The notes under the pieces were generated by a model. It was not told where the DNA came from. It was given only the letters and a program-made list of their open reading frames with translations, and searched no databases. Positions 38,294 through 48,223 of a stretch of DNA of 64,000 bases are shown piece by piece. How positions within the stretch are numbered: position 1 is the first letter of the stretch; each line of letters begins with the position of its first letter. The DNA is from an uncultured Anaerolineae bacterium (lineage in GTDB: Bacteria; Chloroflexota; Anaerolineae; CG2-30-64-16). The position numbers and the translations under genes were made by a program. The DNA is taken from contig CAKZKT010000104.1 of the NCBI GenBank assembly GCA_937124585.1, positions 1,316 through 65,315 on the forward strand. The letters are read 5' to 3'.

Positions 38294-40294
38294 ATGACCA
38301 TCAACTGGCACGAACACGTCTTCTTCGGCATCCACTACGACCTGCACGCGAACGCGTCCGACACCGAGCTGGGCCGCGAGCTGACGGCCGAGCACCTGCG
38401 GGAGCGACTGCTGCGCGTGCGCCCCGATTGGATCCAGGCCGACTGCAAGGGACATCCAGGCTACACGAGCTGGCCCACCGCGGTCGGCTCAACCTCGCCG
38501 GGCGTGGTGAACGATGCGCTGCGCATCCACCGCGACGTGTCGCGAGCGCTGGGCATCAAGCTGGGGATGCATTACTCCGGCGTCTGGGATTCGCGCGCCA
38601 TCGAGCTGCATCCTGATTGGGCGCGGCGCGATCAGGCCGGCCAGCCCGACCCCAACATGACCTGCCGGTTGAGCGGCTATGATGCGGAGCTGATGATCCC
38701 GCAGATGTTGGAGGTCGTGGAGAAGTACGATGTGGACGGCTTCTGGGTGGACGGCGAGAACTGGGCTTCGAAGCCGTGTTGGTGCGATCGCTGCCGGGCA
38801 GAGTTCACGCGACGAACAGGGATTGAGGAGATTCCGCAGACCGCCGGCGACGCACATTGGGACGCGTGGCTGGCGTTTCACCGCGATCTGTTCGTGGAAC
38901 ACGTGACACGCTACGCCGACGCGATCCACGCCCGCAAGCCGACCTGCCTGGTGTGCAGCAACTGGATGTACACTGTCCGCCAGCCCGACCCGATCGTCGC
39001 GCCGGTGGACTATCTGAGCGGCGACTACGATTGGGCGTGGGGCGCGAACCGGGCGGCCGTCGAGGGCCGCGTGCTCGACGGCCGTGGCAAATCGTGGGAC
39101 CTGATGGCGTGGGGCTTCACCAAAACCGGCGCAATGGGCACCAACCCGCCGTGGGTGATGAAAACGGCCACGCATCTCTGCCAGGAATTGGCGGAGGTGA
39201 TCGCACTCGGCGGCGCAGTGATGGTCTACAACACGCCGCAGCGCACCGGCTGGCTGACCGGCTGGCATCAGGACCTGCTGGCTGAGGTCGCAGAGTGGTG
39301 TCGGGCGCGCCAGGAGGTCTGCTTTGGCATGCGCAGCGCGTCGCAGGCAGCCATCCTCCACCTTGCCGACCACTATTATTCGTGCAACCAGCCGCTCTTC
39401 AACTACGGCGAGGCAGTGCAGCCGGTAGAGGGCGCGTTGCACGCGCTGCTGGAGACGGGCCGCTCGACCGATATCCTGACCGAAGACGCCGCCCTGAGCC
39501 GGCTGGGCCACTACGCGCTCGTCGTCGTCCCCGAACAGACGCGGCTCTCCTCTGCCATCATCGCCGCGCTCGAGGCGTTCGCCCAGGCTGGCGGCCACGT
39601 GCTGATGAGCGGCAGCCACCTGGCCCACGAATGTCCGGCGCTCGTGGCTGCGACGCCCGCCGGCGCACCGATCACCGGCGAGACAACCTGCCTGCCGGTA
39701 CCTCTCCCCCACCCCCTCTCCTCGCAGGAGAGAGAGGCCACCGGGGTGAGGGCAGTGCCCGTCAGCGGGCCGTGGCAGCCGGTGCAGCCGCTGGCCGGCA
39801 CCGAGATCCTGGCCCGTCGTCTGGCGCAGCAGGAGCCGGAGAAAGACGCGACCGACCAGACGATTGTCACGCGCCGATCTGTGGGCAGGGGTTCGGTGAC
39901 CGCGATCCATGGCCCGATCTTCCGCGACTACTTCCTGGACCACTATCCGCTGCTGCGCCGGTTCATCGGCGGGCTGATCGAGGGCCTGGACATCCTCTGG
40001 GAAGTGACGGTCGAAGCGCCGCCCTGGTTGGAACTGATTGCCCGCCGCAAAGACGGCAAACTCGTCGTCAACCTGATTAACCGCGGCGCAGGCGAGGCGC
40101 TCTCGCCGAACCGCGTGATCGTGGAAGAGCTGCCGCCGGTCACGGATGTCGTGCTGCGCATCCGACGCACTCACGCGCCCGAATCGGTGGTAGTCGTGCC
40201 GGACAACACCACACCGTGGTGGGCCTGCGAAGGCGGAACATTGACGATCAAGATTCCGCGCGTGGCGATACACAGCGCGGTCGTCGTCGTGTAA
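38294..40294 (+). CDS. Putative glycoside hydrolase (fucosidase/GHL6-like TIM barrel plus trimerisation-like domain)
   Basis: IHYDLH, DCKGHPGYTSWPT, KYDVDGFWVDG, CWCDRC; exact family uncertain. Confidence 0.7.
   Translation: MTINWHEHVFFGIHYDLHANASDTELGRELTAEHLRERLLRVRPDWIQADCKGHPGYTSWPTAVGSTSPGVVNDALRIHRDVSRALGIKLGMHYSGVWDSRAIELHPDWARRDQAGQPDPNMTCRLSGYDAELMIPQMLEVVEKYDVDGFWVDGENWASKPCWCDRCRAEFTRRTGIEEIPQTAGDAHWDAWLAFHRDLFVEHVTRYADAIHARKPTCLVCSNWMYTVRQPDPIVAPVDYLSGDYDWAWGANRAAVEGRVLDGRGKSWDLMAWGFTKTGAMGTNPPWVMKTATHLCQELAEVIALGGAVMVYNTPQRTGWLTGWHQDLLAEVAEWCRARQEVCFGMRSASQAAILHLADHYYSCNQPLFNYGEAVQPVEGALHALLETGRSTDILTEDAALSRLGHYALVVVPEQTRLSSAIIAALEAFAQAGGHVLMSGSHLAHECPALVAATPAGAPITGETTCLPVPLPHPLSSQEREATGVRAVPVSGPWQPVQPLAGTEILARRLAQQEPEKDATDQTIVTRRSVGRGSVTAIHGPIFRDYFLDHYPLLRRFIGGLIEGLDILWEVTVEAPPWLELIARRKDGKLVVNLINRGAGEALSPNRVIVEELPPVTDVVLRIRRTHAPESVVVVPDNTTPWWACEGGTLTIKIPRVAIHSAVVVV
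39701..39753. repeat. Palindromic element in-frame within the GH gene
   Basis: CCTCTCCCCCACCCCCTCTCCT-CGC-AGGAGAGAGAGG...GGGGTGAGGG, read as PLPHPLSSQEREATGVR. Confidence 0.65.
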
Positions 40295-40434
40295 CACGCG
40301 AAGTTCCCTGCGAATTGAACCGGGCACAGATAATTCACACACCAGCACAGCTTGATGAGTTTTATCATACCGGTCGGGCGGCAGGCGTGCTACGGTATGT
40401 TGCGTCGTTCCATTTCACGTCAGGAGCAGATCTC

Positions 40435-41172
40435 ATGTCGAGACCGATTGCACTGCAACTGTATTCCCTCCGCGAAGCCGCGGCCAAAAACTTCGAAGCG
40501 GTCGTCCGCCAGGTAGCTGCGATGGGCTACGACGGCGCGGAGCCGGCGGGCTTCCCCGGCACCACCGCGCAGGCCGCAGGCAAGCTGTTCAAGGAGTTGG
40601 GGCTGCAGGTCCCGGCCGCGCACATCTTCCCGCCGCCGACCGGCGCCAAATCCGCCGAGGTCGCCGACACATTGGCGGCCATCGGCTGCCGACGTATCGT
40701 CACCGGCTTCGGCCGCGATAACTTCAAGACGCTCGACGAGACCAGGCGCAGTTGCGACATCTTCAACCAGGCTTATGCCGAGGCAAAGGCGCGTGGCCTG
40801 CGCCTGGCGATCCACAACCACTGGTGGGAATATCAGCTGGTCGAGGGGCAATACCCGTACCAAATCATGCTGAAGGAGCTCGATCCGGGCATCGAGCTGG
40901 AGATTGACACCTACTGGGTGAAGACCGGGGGCGTGGATCCGGTCGCAGCGATCCGGGAAGCCGGCCCACGCGCCACCCTGCTGCATATCAAGGACGGCCC
41001 GGCGACCACGACCGAGCCCATGGTAGCGGTCGGCGACGGGGTGATGGATTTCCCGGCCATCCTGCAGGCCGCCGATCATACCGAATGGCTGATCGTAGAG
41101 CTCGATCGCTGCGCGACCGACATGGCCGAAGCCGTGGCCAAGAGCCTCAGGTATCTGCGTCAGATCGCGTGA
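40435..41172 (+). CDS. Sugar phosphate isomerase/epimerase (xylose isomerase-like TIM barrel)
   Basis: IALQLYSLR, HNHWWE, EIDTYW, LHIKD, IVELD. Confidence 0.88.
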   Translation: MSRPIALQLYSLREAAAKNFEAVVRQVAAMGYDGAEPAGFPGTTAQAAGKLFKELGLQVPAAHIFPPPTGAKSAEVADTLAAIGCRRIVTGFGRDNFKTLDETRRSCDIFNQAYAEAKARGLRLAIHNHWWEYQLVEGQYPYQIMLKELDPGIELEIDTYWVKTGGVDPVAAIREAGPRATLLHIKDGPATTTEPMVAVGDGVMDFPAILQAADHTEWLIVELDRCATDMAEAVAKSLRYLRQIA

Positions 41173-41294
41173 GCGAGGGGACAACCGAAACCCAACGCGG
41201 CCTTTATCAAATCTTTACAGCCATCTGCTATCTTCCGATCAGACAGGCGGGCGGCCTGAAAGATATCTACAGAGATCGGAGGTATGCAGAAGGC

Positions 41295-41825
41295 ATGAAG
41301 AAGAAGTGGTTTGCGGTTGTGGGCGCTTTGGCGCTCTTCGTACTGGTAGGCGCGGTGGTGGCGGGCACGGTATCCGCCCAGGCCCCGACGCCAACGCCGG
41401 CGCCGAACACTTTTCTGGGCAAATTGGGCCGCGGTTTGGGCTTCTGGGGCGGCCCGAACAGTGAGTTCGATGCCATCGCCAAGGCGCTGAATCTGACGCC
41501 GACGCAACTGTTCGAGCAACTGCACAGCGGCAAGACGCTGGAGGAGATCGCGCAGGCGCAGGGTGTAGATCTAACTAAAGTTCAGGAAGCGGTCAACGCC
41601 AGCCGGCTTCAGGCCATGAAGGATAGAATCGCGCAGGCTGTGAAGGATGGAAAGATGACCCAGGAGCAGGCCGACTGGCTCCTGCAAGGACTGGAGAAGG
41701 GCTACATGCCGGGCGGTCGCGGTGGTCGGTTCGGTGGGTTCATGGATCATGGTGGGATGCGTGGTTTTGGCGGCAAGGGTTTCCCGAAGACGCCGAGCAC
41801 CCCGACGCCGGGCACTTCCTCGTGA
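41295..41825 (+). CDS. Secreted Gly-rich hypothetical protein upstream of the two-component system
   Basis: Signal peptide, AIAKALNLT...GKTLEEIAQAQGVD...AVKDGKMTQEQAD. Confidence 0.75.
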   Translation: MKKKWFAVVGALALFVLVGAVVAGTVSAQAPTPTPAPNTFLGKLGRGLGFWGGPNSEFDAIAKALNLTPTQLFEQLHSGKTLEEIAQAQGVDLTKVQEAVNASRLQAMKDRIAQAVKDGKMTQEQADWLLQGLEKGYMPGGRGGRFGGFMDHGGMRGFGGKGFPKTPSTPTPGTSS

Positions 41826-41879
41826 TGCCGGCACGCTGAGAGCGCCGGCTCGAATTCGATTCAGGGCGCTCGTCTGATA

Positions 41880-41918
41880 AGGAGGGGGAACAAGAGCTAT
41901 GCTTTTGTTCCCCCTCTT
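41880..41918 (+). terminator. Hairpin/terminator
   Basis: GAGGGGGAACAAGAGC-TAT-GCTTTTGTTCCCCCTC. Confidence 0.55.
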
Positions 41919-41971
41919 GCGCTTCCCGTCAACTGCTCATGGGGCTGGACAGGAGGAGTAGCACAGCGGAG

Positions 41972-42670
41972 ATGAATCGCACCATCCTGGTTGTGGATGA
42001 CGACCACAAAATCGTAGATCTGGTGGCACTTTATCTCAAGCGAGACGGATACAATGTCCTGACCGCCTACGACGGCCAGGAGGCTTTGGACACGGCACGG
42101 CGCAAGCGGCCTGACCTCATCGTGCTCGACCTGCTCCTACCCGAACTGGACGGCGCGGACGTGTGCCGGCTTTTGCGCGCCGAATCGAACGTGCCGATCA
42201 TCATGTTGACCGCGCGCAGCACCGACGATGACAAGCTCCGCGGGCTTGATCTGGGCGCCGACGACTATGTGACCAAGCCGTTCAATCCGCGCGAGCTGAT
42301 GGCGCGCATCCGCGCCGTCTTACGTCGCGCGCATCCTCAGGAGGAGCCGACCGGCGACATGCATTTCGGCGACCTCACCATCAGCCTGCTGCGACACGAA
42401 GTGCTCCTCCGCGGCCAGTCCGTCTCGCTTACGCCGACCGAATTCCGCCTGCTCGAAACGCTGGCGCGCGAGCCCGGCCGGGCCTTTTCGCGCGCCGAAC
42501 TGTTGGATCGCGTCTTCGGCTATGACTACGTCGGCGTGGAACGCACGATTGACGTCCATGTGATGAACCTGCGGCGCAAGATCGAAGCGGAGCCAGGCCG
42601 GCCGCGCTACATCGGCACCGTGCCCGGCCTCGGCTATCGCTTCGAGGCGCGCGCCGATCGGGAGGCCTGA
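41972..42670 (+). CDS. OmpR-family response regulator
   Basis: ILVVDDD, VLDLLLP, IMLTAR, ADDYVTKPF, winged helix RTIDVHVMNLRRKIE. Confidence 0.95.
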   Translation: MNRTILVVDDDHKIVDLVALYLKRDGYNVLTAYDGQEALDTARRKRPDLIVLDLLLPELDGADVCRLLRAESNVPIIMLTARSTDDDKLRGLDLGADDYVTKPFNPRELMARIRAVLRRAHPQEEPTGDMHFGDLTISLLRHEVLLRGQSVSLTPTEFRLLETLAREPGRAFSRAELLDRVFGYDYVGVERTIDVHVMNLRRKIEAEPGRPRYIGTVPGLGYRFEARADREA

Positions 42671-44025
42671 TGGGACATAGCTTGCGCGTTCGCCTGCTCG
42701 GCGCGATCCTGCTGGCAGTGCTGATCGCGGTCGGCGTCACGGGGCTGGTCGCCAGCCAGCGGACCGCCGGCGAATTTCAGCGCTATGTTGCCGACCGCGG
42801 GGACATGCGCTATCGGCGCTTTGCCATGTTCCTCGGCCGGGCCTACGAACACGCGCAGCGCTGGGAAGATGTCCAGGCCGAGGTCGAGCGCGTGGCACAG
42901 ATGAGCGGCCAACGCGTCGTCATTGCCAGGGCGGACGGGCAAATCGTCAACGACTCCGAGCGCGCCCTGATCGGCCGCGCTGTCGGTGCGAGCTGGCAAC
43001 CGGCTGCGATTCTGACCGCGCGCGGCAACCCTGTCGGCTATCTCTACATAGACCCGAACACGGAACCGTCGGCTGCTGATGCGGCCTTTGTCACGGCCAT
43101 CAATCGCTCGGTCATCCTCGGCGCGCTGGTGGCCAGCGCGGCCGCGGTGCTGGCTACACTGGCGCTCTCCGATCGCATCGTGCGGCCGATCGCACACGTC
43201 ACCCAGGCCGCGGAACGCATGGCCAAAGGCGACCTCACGGTGCGCGTGCCGGTCGAATCCGCGGACGAGGTCGGCCATCTGGCCAGGGCGTTCAACGCCA
43301 TGGCCGACAGCCTGGCCCAACAGGAACAATTGCGCCGCAACATGGTCGGCGATGTCGCGCACGAGCTGCGCACCCCGTTGACCAACCTACGCGGCTACCT
43401 GGAGGCCGCGCGCGATGGACTGCTACCCACCGATGCCGCGCTGGTGAACAATTTGTACGAGGAAACGATGCTGCTCAGCCGACTGGTCGCCGATCTTCAG
43501 GAGCTGGCGCAAGCAGAGGCCGGCCAGTTGACCCTGGTGCGCCAGCCGACTGCGCTTCCTGTGCTCATCGGCCAGGCTGTAGCCGCTTTTCAGCCCCAAG
43601 CCGAAGCCAAGGGCCTGACCCTGCGCCAGGATGTGCCTGCCGACCTGCCGCCGGTGGACGTAGATCCGGAGCGAATAGGCCAGGTGTTGCGCAATCTGCT
43701 GAGCAACGCCATCGCCCACACTCTGGCAGGCGGCGACATCACCATCAGCGCGGCGCCAGCCGGCCGCTTTGTGGCCATCACGGTGCGCGATACCGGCACC
43801 GGCATCGGCCCGGCCGACCTCCCGCACGTCTTCGACCGCTTCTATCGCGCCGACAAGTCGCGCGCGCGGCAGACTGGCGGCGCCGGATTAGGCCTCGCCA
43901 TCGCCAAATACCTGGTCGAGGCACATGGCGGCACGATCTCGGTCGAGAGCGCGCCGGGTCAGGGCGCTGCATTCACCTTCACAGTGCCGCCGGCGACCGA
44001 GACCTATCCTCCGGCCCGATATTGA
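42670..44025 (+). CDS. HAMP sensor histidine kinase (BaeS-like)
   Basis: 2 TM, HAMP, AHELRTPL, NLLSNA, DTGTGI, FDRFYR, GLGLAI. Confidence 0.95.
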   Translation: MGHSLRVRLLGAILLAVLIAVGVTGLVASQRTAGEFQRYVADRGDMRYRRFAMFLGRAYEHAQRWEDVQAEVERVAQMSGQRVVIARADGQIVNDSERALIGRAVGASWQPAAILTARGNPVGYLYIDPNTEPSAADAAFVTAINRSVILGALVASAAAVLATLALSDRIVRPIAHVTQAAERMAKGDLTVRVPVESADEVGHLARAFNAMADSLAQQEQLRRNMVGDVAHELRTPLTNLRGYLEAARDGLLPTDAALVNNLYEETMLLSRLVADLQELAQAEAGQLTLVRQPTALPVLIGQAVAAFQPQAEAKGLTLRQDVPADLPPVDVDPERIGQVLRNLLSNAIAHTLAGGDITISAAPAGRFVAITVRDTGTGIGPADLPHVFDRFYRADKSRARQTGGAGLGLAIAKYLVEAHGGTISVESAPGQGAAFTFTVPPATETYPPARY

Positions 44026-44086
44026 CCGAAACGCAGAAATCGGGCACAATACGTTCCGTTGGGCTATTTTACCCCAAGGAACGGTC

Positions 44087-45181
44087 ATGGAAATACTGCT
44101 CACTGTCCTCACATTTGTGCCATTGATCTTCATCCTGTGGCTGGCGAATCTCGCCGAGCGGTCTGCGACGGCGGCTCGTGCTGCGCGGCCAGCCATCAGT
44201 GCGGCCTGGGAAGAGATTACGGCGCCGCACGAGCCATCCCGGCTGCCTGCAATACTGGCCTACCTGCTGCTCGTGATCTTTTACGGGATGCTGATCTCGT
44301 TCGGGATACTCATCCAGGCCATCGGCCTGCTTGCCGGCGGGCCCATGGCCCCCTCTCTCGGCGAGGCCTACACGCAGATGGGCATCGCCCCGGAAGCGTT
44401 CGGCCGCATGGGACTGGGGCTGTGGTTGCCGTCGCTCTTCGGCATTCTCTTCCTGCTGCCGTTCGTGCGCGGCCTGGCCAGCCGCTTGCTCCCCGAATTC
44501 CGGCGGGAGAGTCCGGTCCATGCGGTCGCCCTGTCCTACACGGCCCTGATCATCGCCAATCTGCTCTTCACGGTCGGGATGGGGCTGGGCAACATCGCGA
44601 ACCTCATGCAGCAGTCTGCCCCGCTCGATCTCACCCCGACGCTGTGGGCGCAGGAGATCTGCATGGCGCTCATGGCCCTGATCGGCGTCGGCTGGTTGAC
44701 GCGACGGAGCCTGGCCGAGGGGCTGCGCCGGCTGGGCATCGTGCCGCTGAAGTGGAACCAGATTTTGGCCGGTGTCGGCATCGGCGCGACGCTAGGGGTG
44801 GCCGTCGTGGTGCTCGAAATGCTGCTGGCCAGGATCGGCATCGTGACGGATGCCGATGTAGAGCGGCTGAGCGAGCAGCTGCTCGGCCCGCTGGTGAAAA
44901 CGCCGTTCGGCATCCTCACACTCGGCCTGGCGGCCGCACTGGGCGAGGAACCTCTCTTTCGCGGCGCGCTGCAACCCCGCTTCGGCGTGCTCGTCACGAC
45001 GGTGCTTTTCGCGCTGCTGCACAGCACCTACGGCCTCTCGTTGGCCACCGCCATCGTCTTCGGGGTCGGGCTGGTGCTGGCGCTGGTGCGCCTGCGCGCG
45101 AACACCTCGACCTGCATGTTGGTACACGCGACCTACAACATCACGCTGGGCGTGATCGCGGCCTCTGGCTTGTTGCGCTGA
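44087..45181 (+). CDS. CPBP (Abi/CAAX) intramembrane metalloprotease
   Basis: GEEPLFRG, FALLH, HATYN motifs; many TMs. Confidence 0.88.
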   Translation: MEILLTVLTFVPLIFILWLANLAERSATAARAARPAISAAWEEITAPHEPSRLPAILAYLLLVIFYGMLISFGILIQAIGLLAGGPMAPSLGEAYTQMGIAPEAFGRMGLGLWLPSLFGILFLLPFVRGLASRLLPEFRRESPVHAVALSYTALIIANLLFTVGMGLGNIANLMQQSAPLDLTPTLWAQEICMALMALIGVGWLTRRSLAEGLRRLGIVPLKWNQILAGVGIGATLGVAVVVLEMLLARIGIVTDADVERLSEQLLGPLVKTPFGILTLGLAAALGEEPLFRGALQPRFGVLVTTVLFALLHSTYGLSLATAIVFGVGLVLALVRLRANTSTCMLVHATYNITLGVIAASGLLR

Positions 45182-45228
45182 CGTAAAAAGGACTCGTTTC
45201 CATCAAATCATGCCACCAGGAGGCAAAT

Positions 45229-47022
45229 GTGCTTTATCCGATTCAAAACCGTGTGCGCAACCGATTGGACATCTCCGGCATCTGGGACTTCAAGCCCGAC
45301 CCCGACGGCATCGGCGAGGCCAACGGCTGGGCGCTGGGCCTGACGAACGCCCGGCCGATCGCGGTGCCGGGCAGCTGGAACGAACAATACGAAGACCTGT
45401 TCGGCTATCTGGGCCTGGCCTGGTACGTCAAAAGAATTTATGTGCCGGCCGGCTGGCGTGGCGAGCGCGTATTTCTGCGCGTCGGCTCGGCGTGCTACCT
45501 GGGGACGGTGTACGTCAACGGCGTCAAAGTCGGCACACACGAGGGCGGCCATCTGCCCTTCGCGTTCGAGATCACCGACCATATCCGCTGGGACGAAGAG
45601 AACATCGTGGCAATCAGCGTCGAGAATGAGCTGCGGCCCGACCGCGTGCCTTCCGGCAACATGCCCCGCCGCGAGCGCGGCATGTTCATGGGGACGCCGG
45701 CGACGACGTTCGACTTCTACCCGTTCGCCGGGCTGCATCGGCCGGTCGTCCTCTACACCGTTCCCCAGACGCACATCGAGGACATTACGGTCATCACCGA
45801 GGTCAACGGCGCCGGTCCACGGGCCACAGCCGATGGGGTGGTGAAAGTGCAGGTGAAACTGAACGCTGCAGCCGACGGGCCGGGCCGCGTGCAGTTGAAA
45901 GGCGATGCAACCAGCATCACAGCCGATCTCGCCTTCGTGAAGGGGGTGGCCGAGGCAGCGCTGCATGTGCCCGATGCCCGGCTGTGGTCCGACAAAGCCC
46001 CGTACCTCTACGATCTGACCGTGACGACGGCGGCCGATCAATACAGCCTGAAGGTCGGCATCCGCACCATTGCGGTGGCCGACGGCCAGATCCTGCTCAA
46101 CGGCCGACCGGTGAAGCTCAACGGTTTCGGCCGGCACGAGGATTTCATCGCCAGCGGCAAGGGGCTGAACCTGCCGCTGCTGATCAAGGATTACCAGCTG
46201 ATGCGCTGGACGGGCGCCAACAGCTATCGCACCTCACATTATCCCTACAGCGAGGAGGAGATGCAGCTCGCCGATCGCGAGGGTTTTCTCATCATTGACG
46301 AGATCCCGGCCGTCAGCCTGCAGTTGGCCGACGAGGCCAACAACCCGGCGCGGCTGCGCCTCTGCCTGCAGCAGATCGAGGAGCTCATCGCGCGCGACAA
46401 GAACCACCCGGCCGTCGTGATGTGGAGCGTCGCCAACGAACCGATGCCCGCCGGCTTCGGTGTGGGCGAGCTCGGCTCACATGCCGATGACGAGAAGAAC
46501 CGGGCCGGCAAAGCCTTCCTGGATGCCCTGCTGGACAAAGCCCATGCGCTCGATCCGACCCGGCCGGCGACGATCGTCATGATCATGGGCAGCCCGCTGT
46601 CGTGGCTGGAGCAGTGCGACGTGATCTGCGTGAACCGCTACTGGGGTTGGTACACGCTGGGCGGCCAGCTCGACCTGGCGCGGCAGAGGCTCATCGCCGA
46701 ACTCGATCAGATGTGGGCCCAGTTCCACAAGCCGATCATCATGACCGAATTTGGCGCCGACACGATTCCGGGCTATCATGGGCACCCAGGCCTCATGTGG
46801 ACGGAGGAATACCAGGCCGACTACGTCCGCTGTCATCTGGAGGTGGCTGCGACGCGCGATTACGTGGCCGGCATGCAGGTGTGGAACTTTGCGGACTTCG
46901 CCGCAGTGCCGAGCATCATGCGCGTCGGCGGCCTCAATCACAAAGGCGTCTTCACGCGCACTCGTACGCCGAAAATGGCGGCACATGTGCTACGCGAGTT
47001 CTGGACGAAGACGAGCAAATAG
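45229..47022 (+). CDS. uidA: Beta-glucuronidase (GH2)
   Basis: HEGGHLPF, GFGRHED, ANSYRTSHYPY, WSVANEP, TEFGAD, WNFADF, NHKGVFTR (N-x-K glucuronidase motif). Confidence 0.93.
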   Translation: MLYPIQNRVRNRLDISGIWDFKPDPDGIGEANGWALGLTNARPIAVPGSWNEQYEDLFGYLGLAWYVKRIYVPAGWRGERVFLRVGSACYLGTVYVNGVKVGTHEGGHLPFAFEITDHIRWDEENIVAISVENELRPDRVPSGNMPRRERGMFMGTPATTFDFYPFAGLHRPVVLYTVPQTHIEDITVITEVNGAGPRATADGVVKVQVKLNAAADGPGRVQLKGDATSITADLAFVKGVAEAALHVPDARLWSDKAPYLYDLTVTTAADQYSLKVGIRTIAVADGQILLNGRPVKLNGFGRHEDFIASGKGLNLPLLIKDYQLMRWTGANSYRTSHYPYSEEEMQLADREGFLIIDEIPAVSLQLADEANNPARLRLCLQQIEELIARDKNHPAVVMWSVANEPMPAGFGVGELGSHADDEKNRAGKAFLDALLDKAHALDPTRPATIVMIMGSPLSWLEQCDVICVNRYWGWYTLGGQLDLARQRLIAELDQMWAQFHKPIIMTEFGADTIPGYHGHPGLMWTEEYQADYVRCHLEVAATRDYVAGMQVWNFADFAAVPSIMRVGGLNHKGVFTRTRTPKMAAHVLREFWTKTSK

Positions 47023-47039
47023 GAGAAAAGGAGCAAGCT

Positions 47040-48122
47040 ATGCGTTATGGTCTGAATCTTAAACCAGAAGGAGCGCTGGATCTGGTCGCGCTGGGCGCGC
47101 TGGTTCACCGCCTTGATCCGGGGATCGTGCCTTTCCGGAAGGCCACCCATTGCGACATCCACGTGAGCGGCGGCGAGTTCAACGTGGCCGCGAACCTGGC
47201 CGACTGCTTCGGCCTGCGCACGGGCATCGTGACGGCCATGGTGGACTACCCGATCGGCGACCTGATCGCCGAGCGCGTGCGCGCCATGGGCGTGAAGCCG
47301 TTCTACAAGCGTTTCGAGCATAACGGCGTGAACGGCCCCAACATGGCAACAGTCTACAGCGACCGGGGCTATGGCGTGCGCGCGCCGGTGGTGTTCTACA
47401 ACCGTTCCAACGAGGCCGCTGCCCGGCTCAAGCCAGGCGATTTCGACTGGGATGCCATCTTCGCAGGCGGTGTGCGCTGGTTCCACAGCGGCGGTATCTT
47501 CGCTGCTCTCTCCGAGACCACCGGCGAGCTGATCATCGAGGGCATGCAGGCAGCCAAGGCAGCCGGCGCAGTCACGTCGTTCGACCTGAATTATCGGGCC
47601 AAGCTCTGGAACATCTGGGGCGGCCAGGCGATCGCGCAGTCGGTCCTGAAGCGCATCGTCGCCCACGTGGATGTCCTCGTGGGCAACGAAGAGGATTTGC
47701 AGCTGGGGCTTGGCCTGCGCGGGCCCGATGTCCACGCCAAATCGAAGCTCGATCCGTCCGCTTTCTTTGGCATGATGGAAGGGGTCAAGACCATGTATCC
47801 GCAGGTGAAGATCGTGGCCACAACCCTGCGCGAGGTGCATTCCACCAACCGCCACAGCTGGGCTGCAGTGGCCTGGATCAACGGCCAGACCTACATCTCG
47901 CCCACCTGCGAACTGGACGTCTATGATCGGGTCGGCGGCGGCGACGGCTACGCAGCCGGCTTCTTCTACGGCCTGCTGACCGGCGAGTCGGAGCAGGAGG
48001 CGGTCAACCTGGGCTGGGCCCACGGCGCGCTGCTGACCACCTTCCCCGGCGACACGACCATGGCCACACTGGAACAGGTGCGCGCATTCGCAAAAGGCGG
48101 CTCGGCGCGCATCCAGCGGTAG
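47040..48122 (+). CDS. kdgK: PfkB sugar kinase, 2-dehydro-3-deoxygluconokinase-like
   Basis: GGEFNVA, SFDLNYR, GNEED, DRVGGGD; follows uidA. Confidence 0.8.
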   Translation: MRYGLNLKPEGALDLVALGALVHRLDPGIVPFRKATHCDIHVSGGEFNVAANLADCFGLRTGIVTAMVDYPIGDLIAERVRAMGVKPFYKRFEHNGVNGPNMATVYSDRGYGVRAPVVFYNRSNEAAARLKPGDFDWDAIFAGGVRWFHSGGIFAALSETTGELIIEGMQAAKAAGAVTSFDLNYRAKLWNIWGGQAIAQSVLKRIVAHVDVLVGNEEDLQLGLGLRGPDVHAKSKLDPSAFFGMMEGVKTMYPQVKIVATTLREVHSTNRHSWAAVAWINGQTYISPTCELDVYDRVGGGDGYAAGFFYGLLTGESEQEAVNLGWAHGALLTTFPGDTTMATLEQVRAFAKGGSARIQR

Positions 48123-48126
48123 CCCG

Positions 48127-48223
48127 CCGCCAGACGTGCCAGGCACCCTCCCAGGTGCCTGGCACGTGATGTTCCACCGCCAGACGTGCCAGGCACCCTC
48201 CCAGGTGCCTGGCACGTGATGTT
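48127..48223. repeat. Two tandem copies (50-nt period) of the REP-like hairpin between convergent genes
   Basis: CCGCCAGACGTGCCAGGCACCCTCCCAGGTGCCTGGCACGTGATGTT x2. Confidence 0.9.

Noticed and set aside
48127..48223. Tandem 50-nt palindromic repeat as a mini-CRISPR
   Set aside because: Only two directly abutting copies with no unique spacer, no cas genes, and the same hairpin occurs singly elsewhere
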